This document shows positions 17,357 to 27,121 of a stretch of DNA of 64,000 bases, one piece after another. The notes beneath the pieces were generated by a model. The model worked only from the letters and a program-made list of their open reading frames with translations. It searched no databases and had not been told where the DNA came from. This stretch comes from Thermoplasmatales archaeon SW_10_69_26 (GTDB lineage: Archaea; Thermoplasmatota; SW-10-69-26), in contig PXUB01000017.1 in NCBI GenBank assembly GCA_003009755.1, positions 19,149-83,148 on the forward strand. Reading direction: 5' to 3'. Numbering within the stretch: position 1 is the stretch's first letter; the number at the start of each line of letters is the position of its first letter. A program made the translations under genes and the position numbers.

Positions 17357-18703
17357 ATGGCTGGTAGGGCGCGCTTCGGCTCGAAGCTGGGACTGATCTT
17401 GTCCGGTGTCGGTTCCGCCGTCGGACTGGGCAACATCTGGCGGTTCCCGCAGGTCACCAGCAGCGAGGGAGGAGCCGCGTTCCTGTTCATCTACCTCCCC
17501 CTCGTCGCGTTCCTCAGCTTCCCGCTGATCCTCGCCGAGATGTCGCTCGGCCAGAAGGGGCAAGGCTCCCCGTTCCGGACCGTCAAGAACGTAGCCGGCG
17601 ACAAGTGGGGCTGGGTCGGTGGCTTCCTGATCTTAGCCACCGTCCTGTTCATGAGCTACTACACGATCATCGGCGGTCTCACGCTGAAGTACGCGATCTT
17701 CGGGGCCTTCCAGGACGCACTCACCAACCCTGAACCGTTCCTGGCCGCCTCCAACGAAGGGCCAAGCGCCCTGCTGATGCACGGCGTGTTCACCGCCATC
17801 GGCGTCGGCATCATCGCCTACGGCGTCTCCGACGGCCTGGAGAAGGCGAACAAGATCATGATGCCCGCCCTCTTCGTGATCGTCATCGCGCTGGCGATCT
17901 ACGCCGTCTTCCAGGACGGGGCCGGGGCAGGCATCGACTACTACCTGTCGCCGGACTTCAGCGCGATCGGGTTGAACACGATCCAGGTCGCGATCGGGCA
18001 GGCGTTCTTCTCGACGAGCGTCGGGTTCGGCATCATGCTGACCTTCGGCAGCTACATGGAGTCCGGCCAGAGCTTGATCCGCTCGGCCGGCACGATCGCC
18101 GTGATGGACACCTTCGTGGCGTTCACGGCCGGCCTGATGATCTTCCCGCTCGTCTTCTCCCAGGGTCTGGCCGACCAGGTGATCGGCACCGAGTCGTTGA
18201 CGGACGCGTTGTACCTGACGATGCCCACGGCCTTCGGCCAGATCAGCACGGGCCTGGTCGGGTACGTCTTCCTCATCGGCTTCTTCGGCATGGTCACGAT
18301 GGGCGCGCTGTCCTCCTCGATCTCCGGGCTCGAGGTCATCACGAGCTTCATGGAGGAGCAGTGGGACATCTCCCGCTGGAAGGGCGCGCTGCTGGCCGCC
18401 GAGCTCACCTTCGGGCTCGGCATCGTCTCGGCCCTCAACTCGACGATGCTGGGCAACGTCGACACGATCGTCGGCAACGTGATGCTCGTCGGCGGCGGCT
18501 TGCTCGTCGCGATCCTCTACGGGTTCGCCATCGACGAACCCGTCAAGACGCTGCTCGGCGGTGAGGAGGATCCCGGCGTCTGGGAGGAGCGCATCACCCG
18601 CTACGTGAGCTACATCCTCCGCTACGTGATCCCGCTGGCTCTGGCCGCGATCCTCATCGGCAACATCCCGGGCACGATCGACTCGCTGACGTGGCCCTTC
18701 TGA
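17357..18703 (+). CDS. Sodium-dependent transporter, NSS/SNF family
   Basis: GSAVGLGNIWRFP, GGAAF, GQAFFSTSVGFG; many TM helices. Confidence 0.95.
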   Translation: MAGRARFGSKLGLILSGVGSAVGLGNIWRFPQVTSSEGGAAFLFIYLPLVAFLSFPLILAEMSLGQKGQGSPFRTVKNVAGDKWGWVGGFLILATVLFMSYYTIIGGLTLKYAIFGAFQDALTNPEPFLAASNEGPSALLMHGVFTAIGVGIIAYGVSDGLEKANKIMMPALFVIVIALAIYAVFQDGAGAGIDYYLSPDFSAIGLNTIQVAIGQAFFSTSVGFGIMLTFGSYMESGQSLIRSAGTIAVMDTFVAFTAGLMIFPLVFSQGLADQVIGTESLTDALYLTMPTAFGQISTGLVGYVFLIGFFGMVTMGALSSSISGLEVITSFMEEQWDISRWKGALLAAELTFGLGIVSALNSTMLGNVDTIVGNVMLVGGGLLVAILYGFAIDEPVKTLLGGEEDPGVWEERITRYVSYILRYVIPLALAAILIGNIPGTIDSLTWPF

Positions 18704-18721
18704 CCGGTCGACAACGGCGGG

Positions 18722-18913
18722 CTAGGACCCGCCGGCTTCCTCTTGCACCAGAGGCCGGTGCCGCAACCACAGGTACCGGCACGTGTCCGACTCGTCGAGG
18801 TGCTTGAGGAACGAGGGGCCGGGATCGGGCAGCATCTCGCCGCAGAACTCGCACTCGTGGTCGTCGTAGGCGGCCTGGATCCGCTCCTCCTCGGACAGCT
18901 CCTCGTCGGCCAC
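18722..18913 (-). CDS. Small zinc-binding protein (CxxC...H...C)
   Basis: CEFCGEMLPDPGPSFLKHLDESDTC; acidic; resembles small halophilic-archaeal zinc-finger proteins. Confidence 0.7.
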   Translation of the reverse strand: MADEELSEEERIQAAYDDHECEFCGEMLPDPGPSFLKHLDESDTCRYLWLRHRPLVQEEAGGS

Positions 18914-19004
18914 GCACCGTCGGGTAGACCCGCCGTGACTTCAGCGTTTCGTCGCGCGCCGAAGATGGACGCATTCCTAAGGGGAGCCAGGGGTGGCTGT
19001 CTCG

Positions 19005-19472
19005 ATGGCTGACGTCGCGCATCTCACCGCTCGCTTCCTGCACGTCGGCGCCGCCCTCCTGTGGGTCGGCTACCTGGCCTTCCTCGCCTGGGCCGTGATC
19101 CCCGCCGCCCGCCACGGGGGCGCCCACGGCGCCAACGTCGGCCCGATCGTCGAGCGCATCCGGCCGTTCACGTTCCTGGGTCCCCTCGTGCTCGCGTTCG
19201 GGCTCTGGCTCGTCACCGCCTCCGGGCACGCCTACGGTGAACTGCTGCAACCGGGCTGGGGCCACGCGATCACCGGCGGCATCGTCCTCTCGATCGCGAT
19301 GATGGGCCTCGAGCACGGGCTCGTCGCGCCTCGGCTGCGCGATGCCCACACCGGGCCCACCGAGGAGCGCGAGGACCACCTGGCCAAGGCCTCCACCGGC
19401 GCCCAGGTCGCGGCCGTGCTCGGCCTGCTGGCCGCCTTCCTGATGGTCCTGGCGCTGCTGGGGGGCCTCTAG
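19005..19472 (+). CDS. Four-TM membrane protein, CopD-like
   Basis: RFLHVGAALLWVG start motif, conserved His in TM3, four hydrophobic helices. Confidence 0.7.
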   Translation: MADVAHLTARFLHVGAALLWVGYLAFLAWAVIPAARHGGAHGANVGPIVERIRPFTFLGPLVLAFGLWLVTASGHAYGELLQPGWGHAITGGIVLSIAMMGLEHGLVAPRLRDAHTGPTEEREDHLAKASTGAQVAAVLGLLAAFLMVLALLGGL

Positions 19473-19495
19473 GGAGTCCCCGGCGGTCCTGGGCT

Positions 19496-20968
19496 CTACC
19501 TTGCGGCGGCGGGCGCGGGGTCGGCCTCGCCGTCGCCGGGCGTCGGGCCCGTGTAGTCGTACACGTAGAGCCCGCTGCCGCGCTCGGTGACCCAGATCTG
19601 GTCCTCGTGCCAGGTCGCCCGGAAGATGTTCGGGATGTAGCCCTCGGGGTCGAAGTTCGGCTTCTTCCACCAGTAGTCGCCGTCGAACAGCTCGCCGGGG
19701 CCGCCGGTGCGCTCGTTGAAGGCCACGTGCTCGGGGTTGGCCGGGTCCGAGGTGTCCAGCACCCACACGCCGGCGTGGTAGTGGCCGACGGCGGCCAACG
19801 GTTGATCGGGGTGCGGCGAGACGACGTGGGGTGACATCAGGTACTGGCCGGGGATCGTGACGTTGCCTGGCAGCTGCCAGGAGCCGACCTGCTCGAAGTT
19901 GGCCGGATCCGTCAGGTCGTAGGAGCGGACCACGCCCGACCCGTTGTCGAGCTGGCCGATCTCCGGCGCGCTGTACCCGAACACCTGCTGACCGCGAGCG
20001 TTCGGCTCGGGCCGGAACTGGTGGATCGACAGCTCCTCGCTGGGCGCCCACTGGCGGACCTTGTCCTGCTCGACGGGCGCGGCCGGATCGGAGACGTCGA
20101 CCGTGATCGCTCCGCCGTCCCACCAGCTGGCGTACATCGTGAGGTCGCCCGTGACCGGGTGCTCCTCGATGAACGTGTCGTGGGGGAACGAGGAGACGTT
20201 CTGCTGCTGGTAGGTGTCGGTGTGCCGGTACTCGGTCACCTTGGCGAGGTGGGCGCCGGCGGGGGTCTCCACGAGGCGCGCGATCCCGACGTAGTTGCCG
20301 GCCGGGTCGCTCCCGAACGGCTGCCCGGTGTAGAAGACCCACGTCTCGCCGTCGACCGTCTCCAGCTCGATGTTGTGCGTGCCCAGCAGGTCGACGGGGA
20401 ACCGGCTGACGAGCTCGGGGTTCGATCGGTCGCTGACGTCGACCACGTGGATGCAGACCTGGCAGTCGCCGGCTCCCTCGTCGGCCGGCGGGATCGTCTG
20501 CACGTTCATGAGGACGTAGTCGCCGCTCGGGCTCCAGACCGCCTCCTGGATGCCGCTGCCGGCGATCCGGTAGGTGCCGATCGTCTCCATGGTCTGGGGG
20601 TCGGAGACGTCGACGATGTTGAACCCGCCCTCGTCGTCGCCGTCGACGGCGACGACGGCCAGCTCCTCGCCGTCCTCCTCGTGGAACTGGAAGTCGGCGA
20701 AGCCGTTGCCGTCCTCGCCCACGTCGACGCCCAGATCGCTGTAGGCCACGATCTCCAGGTTGTGGCTCTGGTTGTGGACGGCCGGGTCGGTGTGGTCGTG
20801 GAACATCTCGATCGGTTCGCCGATCTCGTCCTGGATCGCGTCGTGATCGAGCTGCTCGCCGGCCGACTGGGCCTCGGTGGTCTCCTCGTCTTTCGCCATC
20901 CCGATGCAACCAGCCACAGCCAGCAACGAGACCAGTCCGGCCATGGCAAGGAGTCGCGTGCCTCGCAT
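19496..20968 (-). CDS. LVIVD-repeat beta-propeller lipoprotein
   Basis: Lipobox VAGC; IVDVSDP, VVDVSDRSNP, TVDVSDPAAP, VLDTSDPANP; SPH..HYHAG. Confidence 0.85.
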   Translation of the reverse strand: MRGTRLLAMAGLVSLLAVAGCIGMAKDEETTEAQSAGEQLDHDAIQDEIGEPIEMFHDHTDPAVHNQSHNLEIVAYSDLGVDVGEDGNGFADFQFHEEDGEELAVVAVDGDDEGGFNIVDVSDPQTMETIGTYRIAGSGIQEAVWSPSGDYVLMNVQTIPPADEGAGDCQVCIHVVDVSDRSNPELVSRFPVDLLGTHNIELETVDGETWVFYTGQPFGSDPAGNYVGIARLVETPAGAHLAKVTEYRHTDTYQQQNVSSFPHDTFIEEHPVTGDLTMYASWWDGGAITVDVSDPAAPVEQDKVRQWAPSEELSIHQFRPEPNARGQQVFGYSAPEIGQLDNGSGVVRSYDLTDPANFEQVGSWQLPGNVTIPGQYLMSPHVVSPHPDQPLAAVGHYHAGVWVLDTSDPANPEHVAFNERTGGPGELFDGDYWWKKPNFDPEGYIPNIFRATWHEDQIWVTERGSGLYVYDYTGPTPGDGEADPAPAAAR

Positions 20969-21055
20969 CGCGCCGAGCAGAGCGCTTCCCCTCCTTAAGC
21001 CTCGGGCCCCAACCGTTGGTCGGACCGCGCCGGCCGGCCCGCCCCGTGCCCATCT

Positions 21056-22054
21056 GTGCCCATCGGTCTCGAGGCGACGGCCGCCAGGCGTCGGCGAAAC
21101 CCCTTAGACGGGCTCGACCCTGACCCGAGCGTGCCCGCCGACCGCATCGTGTCCCTCGTCCCAGCCGCGAGCGAGATCCTATTCGCGATCGGCGCCGGGG
21201 GCAAGGTCCAGGCCGTCTCCCACGCGTGCGATCACCCGCCCGAGGCGGCCCAGCGGCCCGCCGCCTCGCGCACCCGGCTCGATGCCGAGGGGTCCAGCCG
21301 GGCGATCGACGAGGACGTGCGCGAGGCCGTCGACGAGGGCGAGGCCACGTTCGAGGTGCTCGGCGAGGTCCTCCACCACGCCCAGCCCGATCTCGTCGTC
21401 ACGCAGGAGGCTTGCGACGTCTGCGGCATCACGCCCGTCGACGTCCGCGCCAAGCTGGCGCGCTTCGAGCCCGGCGAGGGCCCCGAGCTGATGGGGTTGC
21501 ACCCGCACACGCTGGCCGACGTGCTCGACCAGATCCGCCAGCTGGGTGAGGCCACCGGCACCGCCGAGGCCGCCCAGCGCCTGGTCGGGGCCCTCGAGCA
21601 GCGCATCGAGGCGGTCGAGGCCTTCGCCAGCGACCGCGAGCGGCCCACGGTGGCGGTGCTCGATTGGATCGATCCGCCGATGGCCGCCGGCCACTGGATC
21701 CCCGGCATGGTGGAGGCGGCCGGCGGGGACCCGGTGCTGCTCGACGACGCCAGCCCCTCGACCTACGTCGAGTGGGACGACGTCGAGGCGGCCGACCCCG
21801 ACGTCCTGTTGTCGATCCCGTGCGGGTTCGACGCTCGCCGCGCCCTCGCCGAGGCCGAGGCCGTCGTCGAGCCCGACGACCGTCTGCCGGGCCTGCCCCG
21901 CGAGCGCGTCGTCGCGCTGGACGCCGGCGCCTACACCTCGCGTCCGGGTCCGCGTCTCGTGGACGGCCTCGAGCAGATCGCCTGCGCGCTGCACGGGCCC
22001 GCGGCCCGGCAGCGGTGGCCCGAGCAGGCGACCCGCGTCCAGCGGTTGGGCTAA
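21056..22054 (+). CDS. Cobalamin/Fe-siderophore-type substrate-binding-fold protein without a signal peptide
   Basis: RIVSLVPAASEILFAIG, SHACDHP, PDLVVTQEACDVC, SRPGPRLVDGLE. Confidence 0.85.
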   Translation: MPIGLEATAARRRRNPLDGLDPDPSVPADRIVSLVPAASEILFAIGAGGKVQAVSHACDHPPEAAQRPAASRTRLDAEGSSRAIDEDVREAVDEGEATFEVLGEVLHHAQPDLVVTQEACDVCGITPVDVRAKLARFEPGEGPELMGLHPHTLADVLDQIRQLGEATGTAEAAQRLVGALEQRIEAVEAFASDRERPTVAVLDWIDPPMAAGHWIPGMVEAAGGDPVLLDDASPSTYVEWDDVEAADPDVLLSIPCGFDARRALAEAEAVVEPDDRLPGLPRERVVALDAGAYTSRPGPRLVDGLEQIACALHGPAARQRWPEQATRVQRLG

Positions 22055-22055
22055 C

Positions 22056-23774
22056 TCAGCGAGCCTCGCGACGGGCGAGCGCGGCACCGACCCCCGCGAC
22101 GGCGAGGCCGGCGAGCACGCCCGGGCCCGGCGCGTTCTTGACGGGGTCGACGCCCATCGTCTCGCCGGGCGGGGGGCCCAGCTCGCCGGGGCCGCCGGTG
22201 AAGACCCCCTCGCCGCTGGAGGAGCCCTGCCACTCGGCCGCTTCGTCGCTCTCGCCGCCGCCGTCCGTGGCCCTCTCGTGGGCGTACGTGCGGTAACAGC
22301 AGCGATCGTCGGCCGGCTGGCCGGGCGTCAGCTGGACCGTGATCCGCTCGTCGCCGTCGACCTGCACGTTCGTCGCGTTGGCGTAGTAGCCGTCGGCGCG
22401 GACGCGCACCGTGTAGTAGCCCTCGTCCACGTCCACCTGGAAGGAGCCGTCCTCGCCGGTCGCGGCCTGGCCCCACTCGCCGGTCTCCTCGTTGCGGATC
22501 TGCAGCTGGGCGTCGGGCACGGCCTCGCCGGTCGAGGCGTTCACGACCCAGCCGTCGAGGCGTGCGTCGGGCTGGGGCTCGGGCTGCAGGCCGCGGTCGA
22601 GCGCGACCGTCTGGCCGGCCTCGGTCTGGATCGTCGTCTCGATCGGCAGGTAGGCCGTCGAGCGCTCGCGGCGGTTGTCGCAGACCTCGGTCCGGTTCGC
22701 GCCGTTCCCGTCGTCCTCCTCGGTCCCCTCGTCCGCGGGTTGACAGGGGACGTGGTAGGTCTCGTCGGCGCGGATCTGGACGAGGGCGTAGCCGGGCTCG
22801 ATCGAGAGCTTAAAGCGCCCGTCCTCGTCGGTGCGCGTCCGGTTGTCGGTGCCCCACTTCAGGTTCTCGACCCGGATCTCGGCGGCCTCGATCGGCTCGC
22901 CCGTGTCCTGGTCGACGATCGCGCCCTCGACGCTGACGGAGCGCGGCGGGAACGGGGTCAGGCTCGCGTCGGCGCGAGCCGATGCGCCCTCGGGGGCCTC
23001 GACGCTCGTGCGAGCGTTCAGGTGGCCGTCGGCGCGCACGAAGATCCGGTAGTGGCCGTCGGGGACGCGGACCTCGTAGTCGCCCTGCGGTCCGGTCTCG
23101 GCGCGGACGTGGCGGTCGCTTCGCGGGTGGTAGGTGATCTCGACCGTGCCCTCGTCGGTCTCGACCTCGCGAGAGCTCGATCTATCGCCGGCGGCGCGAG
23201 CGTCCTCGGGGTGCTGCTCGCAGTCCCAGGCGTCCTCGCAGCCCTCGGGGACGGGGCTGATCTGGACGTAGGCGTCCCCGATCGGGTCGCCGTCCTCGCT
23301 GGTGACGGTCCCGTGGACGCGGGCCAGGTCCTGGGACACCGGCTCCATCGGGATGTCGAGGCGGGTGTCGTTCCGGACGGAGAACTCGGCGTGGGCTCGC
23401 TGGTAGCTCTCGTCGTCGATGCGCAGGTCGACGTGGCCCTCGGAGACGTTCACGCTGTAGCGGCCCTCGTCGTCGGTCGCGGCGGAGAGGGAGTCGCGGC
23501 CGTGGTGCCGCTCGTCGCCGTCCCGCGTCTCCCAGACGTTGTGGATCCGCAGCTCGAGGCCGGCCACGGGCTCGCCGGAGCTTGCGTTCGTGACCTGGCC
23601 CTCGAGGGTCAGGTTGCGGGGCCCTTGCTTGGATTCCTCGCGAGCGACGGCCGTGGGCTCGGCCTCGCTGGCCAACGTGGTCGTCGACCCGACGACGACG
23701 GCGACGCCGGCCGTCAAGAGCGAGATCGCGATCAACAGGGGGAGGCGGGACGGTGCACGAGTCATGGTTCGCAT
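22056..23774 (-). CDS. Cell-surface protein with carboxypeptidase-regulatory-like (prealbumin-like) repeats and PGPG-TM anchor
   Basis: Repeated G-x-V-x-N/D..GEP[VI]..A..TDxxGxY units; signal peptide; ends APGPGVLAGLAVAGVGAALARREAR. Confidence 0.85.
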   Translation of the reverse strand: MRTMTRAPSRLPLLIAISLLTAGVAVVVGSTTTLASEAEPTAVAREESKQGPRNLTLEGQVTNASSGEPVAGLELRIHNVWETRDGDERHHGRDSLSAATDDEGRYSVNVSEGHVDLRIDDESYQRAHAEFSVRNDTRLDIPMEPVSQDLARVHGTVTSEDGDPIGDAYVQISPVPEGCEDAWDCEQHPEDARAAGDRSSSREVETDEGTVEITYHPRSDRHVRAETGPQGDYEVRVPDGHYRIFVRADGHLNARTSVEAPEGASARADASLTPFPPRSVSVEGAIVDQDTGEPIEAAEIRVENLKWGTDNRTRTDEDGRFKLSIEPGYALVQIRADETYHVPCQPADEGTEEDDGNGANRTEVCDNRRERSTAYLPIETTIQTEAGQTVALDRGLQPEPQPDARLDGWVVNASTGEAVPDAQLQIRNEETGEWGQAATGEDGSFQVDVDEGYYTVRVRADGYYANATNVQVDGDERITVQLTPGQPADDRCCYRTYAHERATDGGGESDEAAEWQGSSSGEGVFTGGPGELGPPPGETMGVDPVKNAPGPGVLAGLAVAGVGAALARREAR

Positions 23775-23859
23775 CCAGGGATGGAGGGCCGCTGGTACTT
23801 AGGGTGACGCCAACGGTTCGGCGCCCGCCGAACCACCGTTCGCTGGGCCCGAACGGACC

Positions 23860-24738
23860 TCAGCTTCGCGGCGTCCTCTGGACGAAGTCGACGATCTTCG
23901 CCGCCAGCTCCTCGCCGGCGTCCTCCTGGATGAAGTGGCCTGCACCGTCGATCCAGTCGAGATCGGCGTCGAGCAGCTCGCTCATCGGCTCGGCGCCGGG
24001 CGCCATGATCGGGTCCTGCTCGGCGAACACGCAGTAGGTGTCGGCCTCGAGGTCCGCCAACCGCGTGCGGGTCTCGCGGATCGGGTCGGCGGCCGGGGCG
24101 TCGGGCGAGCGGGGCACGAGGTCGGGCAGCCGGCGCGCGCCGGCCTTGTGCTCCTCGCTCGGGAACGGGGCATCGTAGGCGGCCACGACCTCGTCGGGGA
24201 GATCGGTCACGCAGGCGCGCTGGACGAGGAAACCGGCGGGTACGTCGGGGGTGCGCTGGACGAAGTCGTGGAACTCGTGCCAGGGCTCGGGCAGCGGTTG
24301 GCTGCCGTCGGGCAGGAACGTGTTGGCCGCCACCAGCCGCTGGAAGCGATCGGGCAGGCGCGTGGCGGCGTGGAAGCCGAAGGGGCCGCCCCAGTCCTGG
24401 CCGACGAGCGTGACGTCGTCGAGGTCGAGCGCCTCGACGAACCGCGTCACGGTGCGGGCGTGCATGTCGTAGGTGTGCGCGTCGTCGGCCGGCTTGCTCG
24501 AGGCGCCGAAGCCGACGAGGTCGGGGACGAGGACCCGGCCGGCCTCGATCAGCGTGGGCACCATCTTGCGATACAGGTAGCTCCACGTGGGTACGCCGTG
24601 AAGCAACAGGAAGGTCTCGGGGCCCTCGCCCTCGTCGAGGTAGGCCATCTCGTGGCCCTCGACCTCGATCGTGTCCTGCTCGTAGGGGAAGCCCGAGAGG
24701 TCGCAAAGGCGGCCGAGGTCGGTCTCTGGGACGGTCAT
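23860..24738 (-). CDS. Haloalkane dehalogenase family alpha/beta hydrolase
   Basis: LHGVPTWSYLYRKM, PDLVGFGASSKP, GQDWGG, AYDAPFP, GHFIQED. Confidence 0.9.
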   Translation of the reverse strand: MTVPETDLGRLCDLSGFPYEQDTIEVEGHEMAYLDEGEGPETFLLLHGVPTWSYLYRKMVPTLIEAGRVLVPDLVGFGASSKPADDAHTYDMHARTVTRFVEALDLDDVTLVGQDWGGPFGFHAATRLPDRFQRLVAANTFLPDGSQPLPEPWHEFHDFVQRTPDVPAGFLVQRACVTDLPDEVVAAYDAPFPSEEHKAGARRLPDLVPRSPDAPAADPIRETRTRLADLEADTYCVFAEQDPIMAPGAEPMSELLDADLDWIDGAGHFIQEDAGEELAAKIVDFVQRTPRS

Positions 24739-24791
24739 CGCCCGCCAAGCGTGGGCCGGTTACTCAAGGGTTCGCCGCGCGGAAGGTGCGG

Positions 24792-25064
24792 TCAGAGGTA
24801 GCGGGGGATCTCGTCCTCGTACGCGCCGAAGTAGCGCTCGATGACGGGCAGCTCGAACGCCGAGAGGATCTGCTCCTTGGGTTCCCGGTCGAGCAGGAAC
24901 CGGAAGCTGGCCTCGACGAGGTGGTCGGGCTCGACGGCGGGGGCCAGGCGCTCGTGGTCCTCGCGGGACAGCTTGACCTCGTGCTGGCTGGCGCTGTTGG
25001 CCTCCTCGACCCGCACCTCGAACACCATCGGGTCCCCGTCGTCGAGCTGCTTCACCTCGATCAT
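24792..25064 (-). CDS. Conserved hypothetical protein
   Basis: LVEASFRFLLDREPKEQILSAFELPVIERYF, a motif I recall from a widespread small uncharacterised family. Confidence 0.75.
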   Translation of the reverse strand: MIEVKQLDDGDPMVFEVRVEEANSASQHEVKLSREDHERLAPAVEPDHLVEASFRFLLDREPKEQILSAFELPVIERYFGAYEDEIPRYL

Positions 25065-25174
25065 CGCGGTAGCGGATACGGTGGGGAAGGGAAAAGCCGT
25101 CGCTCGACGGTCGTCGCCGTCGTTTCGACGACAGACCAACAACCTTGATGGTTGCTGAACCCAACCACCCGTCG

Positions 25175-25753
25175 ATGCTCTGGAACCGATCGACCGCCCG
25201 AGCGGGGGCGACCCGGGCGCTCGCGTTGACGATCGCCGGTCTCGCTGCGTTGCTCGTCGTGGCGGCTGCGCCGACCGGGGCGCAGGCGCAGTCCGACACG
25301 GTGAAGATCGACCCCGGGCAACACGCGGCGGTCGAGATCGACTTCCGCGACGGCCCGACGAAGGACGTCAGCTACCAGGTGACGGTCCAGGAAGGCCCCA
25401 ACGTCGACGTGCTGTTCCTCGACAACGCCAACTACCAGAAGTACACGGACGGCGAGTCCTTCGAGTACATCGGCGAGTGGTCGGACCTCGACACCGGCGA
25501 CACGGACGCGTCGTTCCGACTCGAGCGCCACGGGACGTGGTGGCTCGTCCTCGACCACACGGATCGGCCCGACGACGGAGCCTCGCCGGCGACGATCGGG
25601 GCCGAGTCCGTGACGGCCCGCTACTCCCTGTCGACGGAGACGAACGTCACCGACCAGGCGCGCGACCGCGCCAACCAGCTGCCGGCACCGGGCGCGAGCG
25701 CGGCGGTGGGCCTGTTGGGCACGGTGGCGCTGCTCGCCGCCCGCGAGCGGTGA
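25175..25753 (+). CDS. Secreted beta-sandwich protein with PAPG-TM anchor
   Basis: Signal peptide; VDVLFLDNANYQKY..G.WWLVLDH; ends LPAPGASAAVGLLGTVALLAARER. Confidence 0.8.
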   Translation: MLWNRSTARAGATRALALTIAGLAALLVVAAAPTGAQAQSDTVKIDPGQHAAVEIDFRDGPTKDVSYQVTVQEGPNVDVLFLDNANYQKYTDGESFEYIGEWSDLDTGDTDASFRLERHGTWWLVLDHTDRPDDGASPATIGAESVTARYSLSTETNVTDQARDRANQLPAPGASAAVGLLGTVALLAARER

Positions 25754-25966
25754 CGCGGGGGTCCATCGCGGCCCCCGCGGGGGCGGCGCCGATCAGCTGA
25801 TCTCCTGCCGTCGCCCTCGAGGTCGCGGTCCCCGCGGCGGGACTCGATCTCCTCGTCGACGGCCTCGAGGTGGCGGGTTTCGACGCGCGCCGCCTCGACG
25901 GCGGCCTCGTCCTCGGGGTCGCCCTCGGGCCCGACGTTCGCGGTAGGGACAGCCGCTGATGCGGGC

Positions 25967-26980
25967 CTAGGCGGTCGTGTCCGGGGCTGCGACGTCGTGG
26001 TTGATCGCGATCTCGGCGATGTTGGCCGCGTACGCCGCCGTGCGGCCGATCGACTCGACGACGAAGGCGATGTGCACCGCCGCCTGGGAGCCGAAGTCGG
26101 TCCCGCGCTTGAGCAGCTGAGCCTGCTCGTCCTGGAACTCGTTGGCCTCCTGGATCACCCGGTCGGCGGTCTCGGGGTCGTGGTGGCGGAACGTGTCCAC
26201 GGCATCCTCGAAGAGGCTGGTCGACCGCCGCCAGGCCTGAGCGATCTCGCCGAGGAGCTCGTCGGCCTCACCGTCCCGCGGGATCTCCATCGCTTCCCCG
26301 GCGACCCGGTTGGCGTGGTCGGCGGTCCGCTCGCACAGCCGGGCGACCAGCAGGAAGTTGTGAGCTTCGCCGGGCGACAGCTCCATCTTCGAGGCGTAGC
26401 TGACGTCGCGCAACAGCGCGTGGAACTGCTTGTTGATCAGCCAGAACAGGCGGTCGACCTCGTCGTCCCGGTCCCGCACGGAGGTGCGCTTGCGGTCGTC
26501 GGGTGTCGTCAGCAGGTCGTCGGCGTCCTGCTGCATCGCCTGGGTCAGCATCTGCAACCGGCGCAGCGCCTTGTCGACGTGGAAGTCCTTCGGGTCCAGG
26601 AAGTCCTGCACCGTCACCGAGCCCATGTCCTCCTCGATGATCTCGAGCCCCATGATGCGGTCCTTGGCGCGCTGGACGGCGTCCCGGGCCTCGGGAGAGA
26701 TCTCGTCCACGGACGTCACGGTGATCGCGTCGAAGCCGTTCAGGTAGGCCGAGATGACCTGGCGGAACAGCGACTCGGTGTCGGCGCCGTCCGCGCTGAG
26801 GTGGTAGGTCTGGATCTCCCGATCGCCCTTCGCGTGCGGGTGCACGGCCATCGACCCATCCGGTTGCTCGGCACATCCGACGACGTCCCCCGCCTGGAGG
26901 TCGGCTTTCTCGGCCCACGTCTTGGGCAGGGTGACGGTCAACGAGGAGCCGCCGGTCAACTGGACTTTGCGGAGCTCCAT
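25967..26980 (-). CDS. Archaeal phosphate uptake regulator (AbrB-like DNA-binding domain + PhoU)
   Basis: MELRKVQLTGGSSLTVTLPKTW; DDEVDRL; ERTADHA; divergent from the pst operon. Confidence 0.93.
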   Translation of the reverse strand: MELRKVQLTGGSSLTVTLPKTWAEKADLQAGDVVGCAEQPDGSMAVHPHAKGDREIQTYHLSADGADTESLFRQVISAYLNGFDAITVTSVDEISPEARDAVQRAKDRIMGLEIIEEDMGSVTVQDFLDPKDFHVDKALRRLQMLTQAMQQDADDLLTTPDDRKRTSVRDRDDEVDRLFWLINKQFHALLRDVSYASKMELSPGEAHNFLLVARLCERTADHANRVAGEAMEIPRDGEADELLGEIAQAWRRSTSLFEDAVDTFRHHDPETADRVIQEANEFQDEQAQLLKRGTDFGSQAAVHIAFVVESIGRTAAYAANIAEIAINHDVAAPDTTA

Positions 26981-27008
26981 CTTAACCTCACGATTGGACC
27001 CCCTGGCA

Positions 27009-27059
27009 TATAGAGTTTCTCTATACTCTCCATACGGATACTTACTGGTTAGAGTTTCT
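27009..27059. promoter_or_regulatory. Candidate phosphate-regulon operator
   Basis: TAGAGTTTCT direct repeat at 27011 and 27050; first copy lies within palindrome TATAGAG-TTT-CTCTATA; AT-rich divergent promoter region. Confidence 0.55.
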
Positions 27060-27121
27060 AAGGGCAACGGGTATCCCCAGGGTGGGTCTCACGCCGACAG
27101 AACCGAAACGAGTGTCTCATC

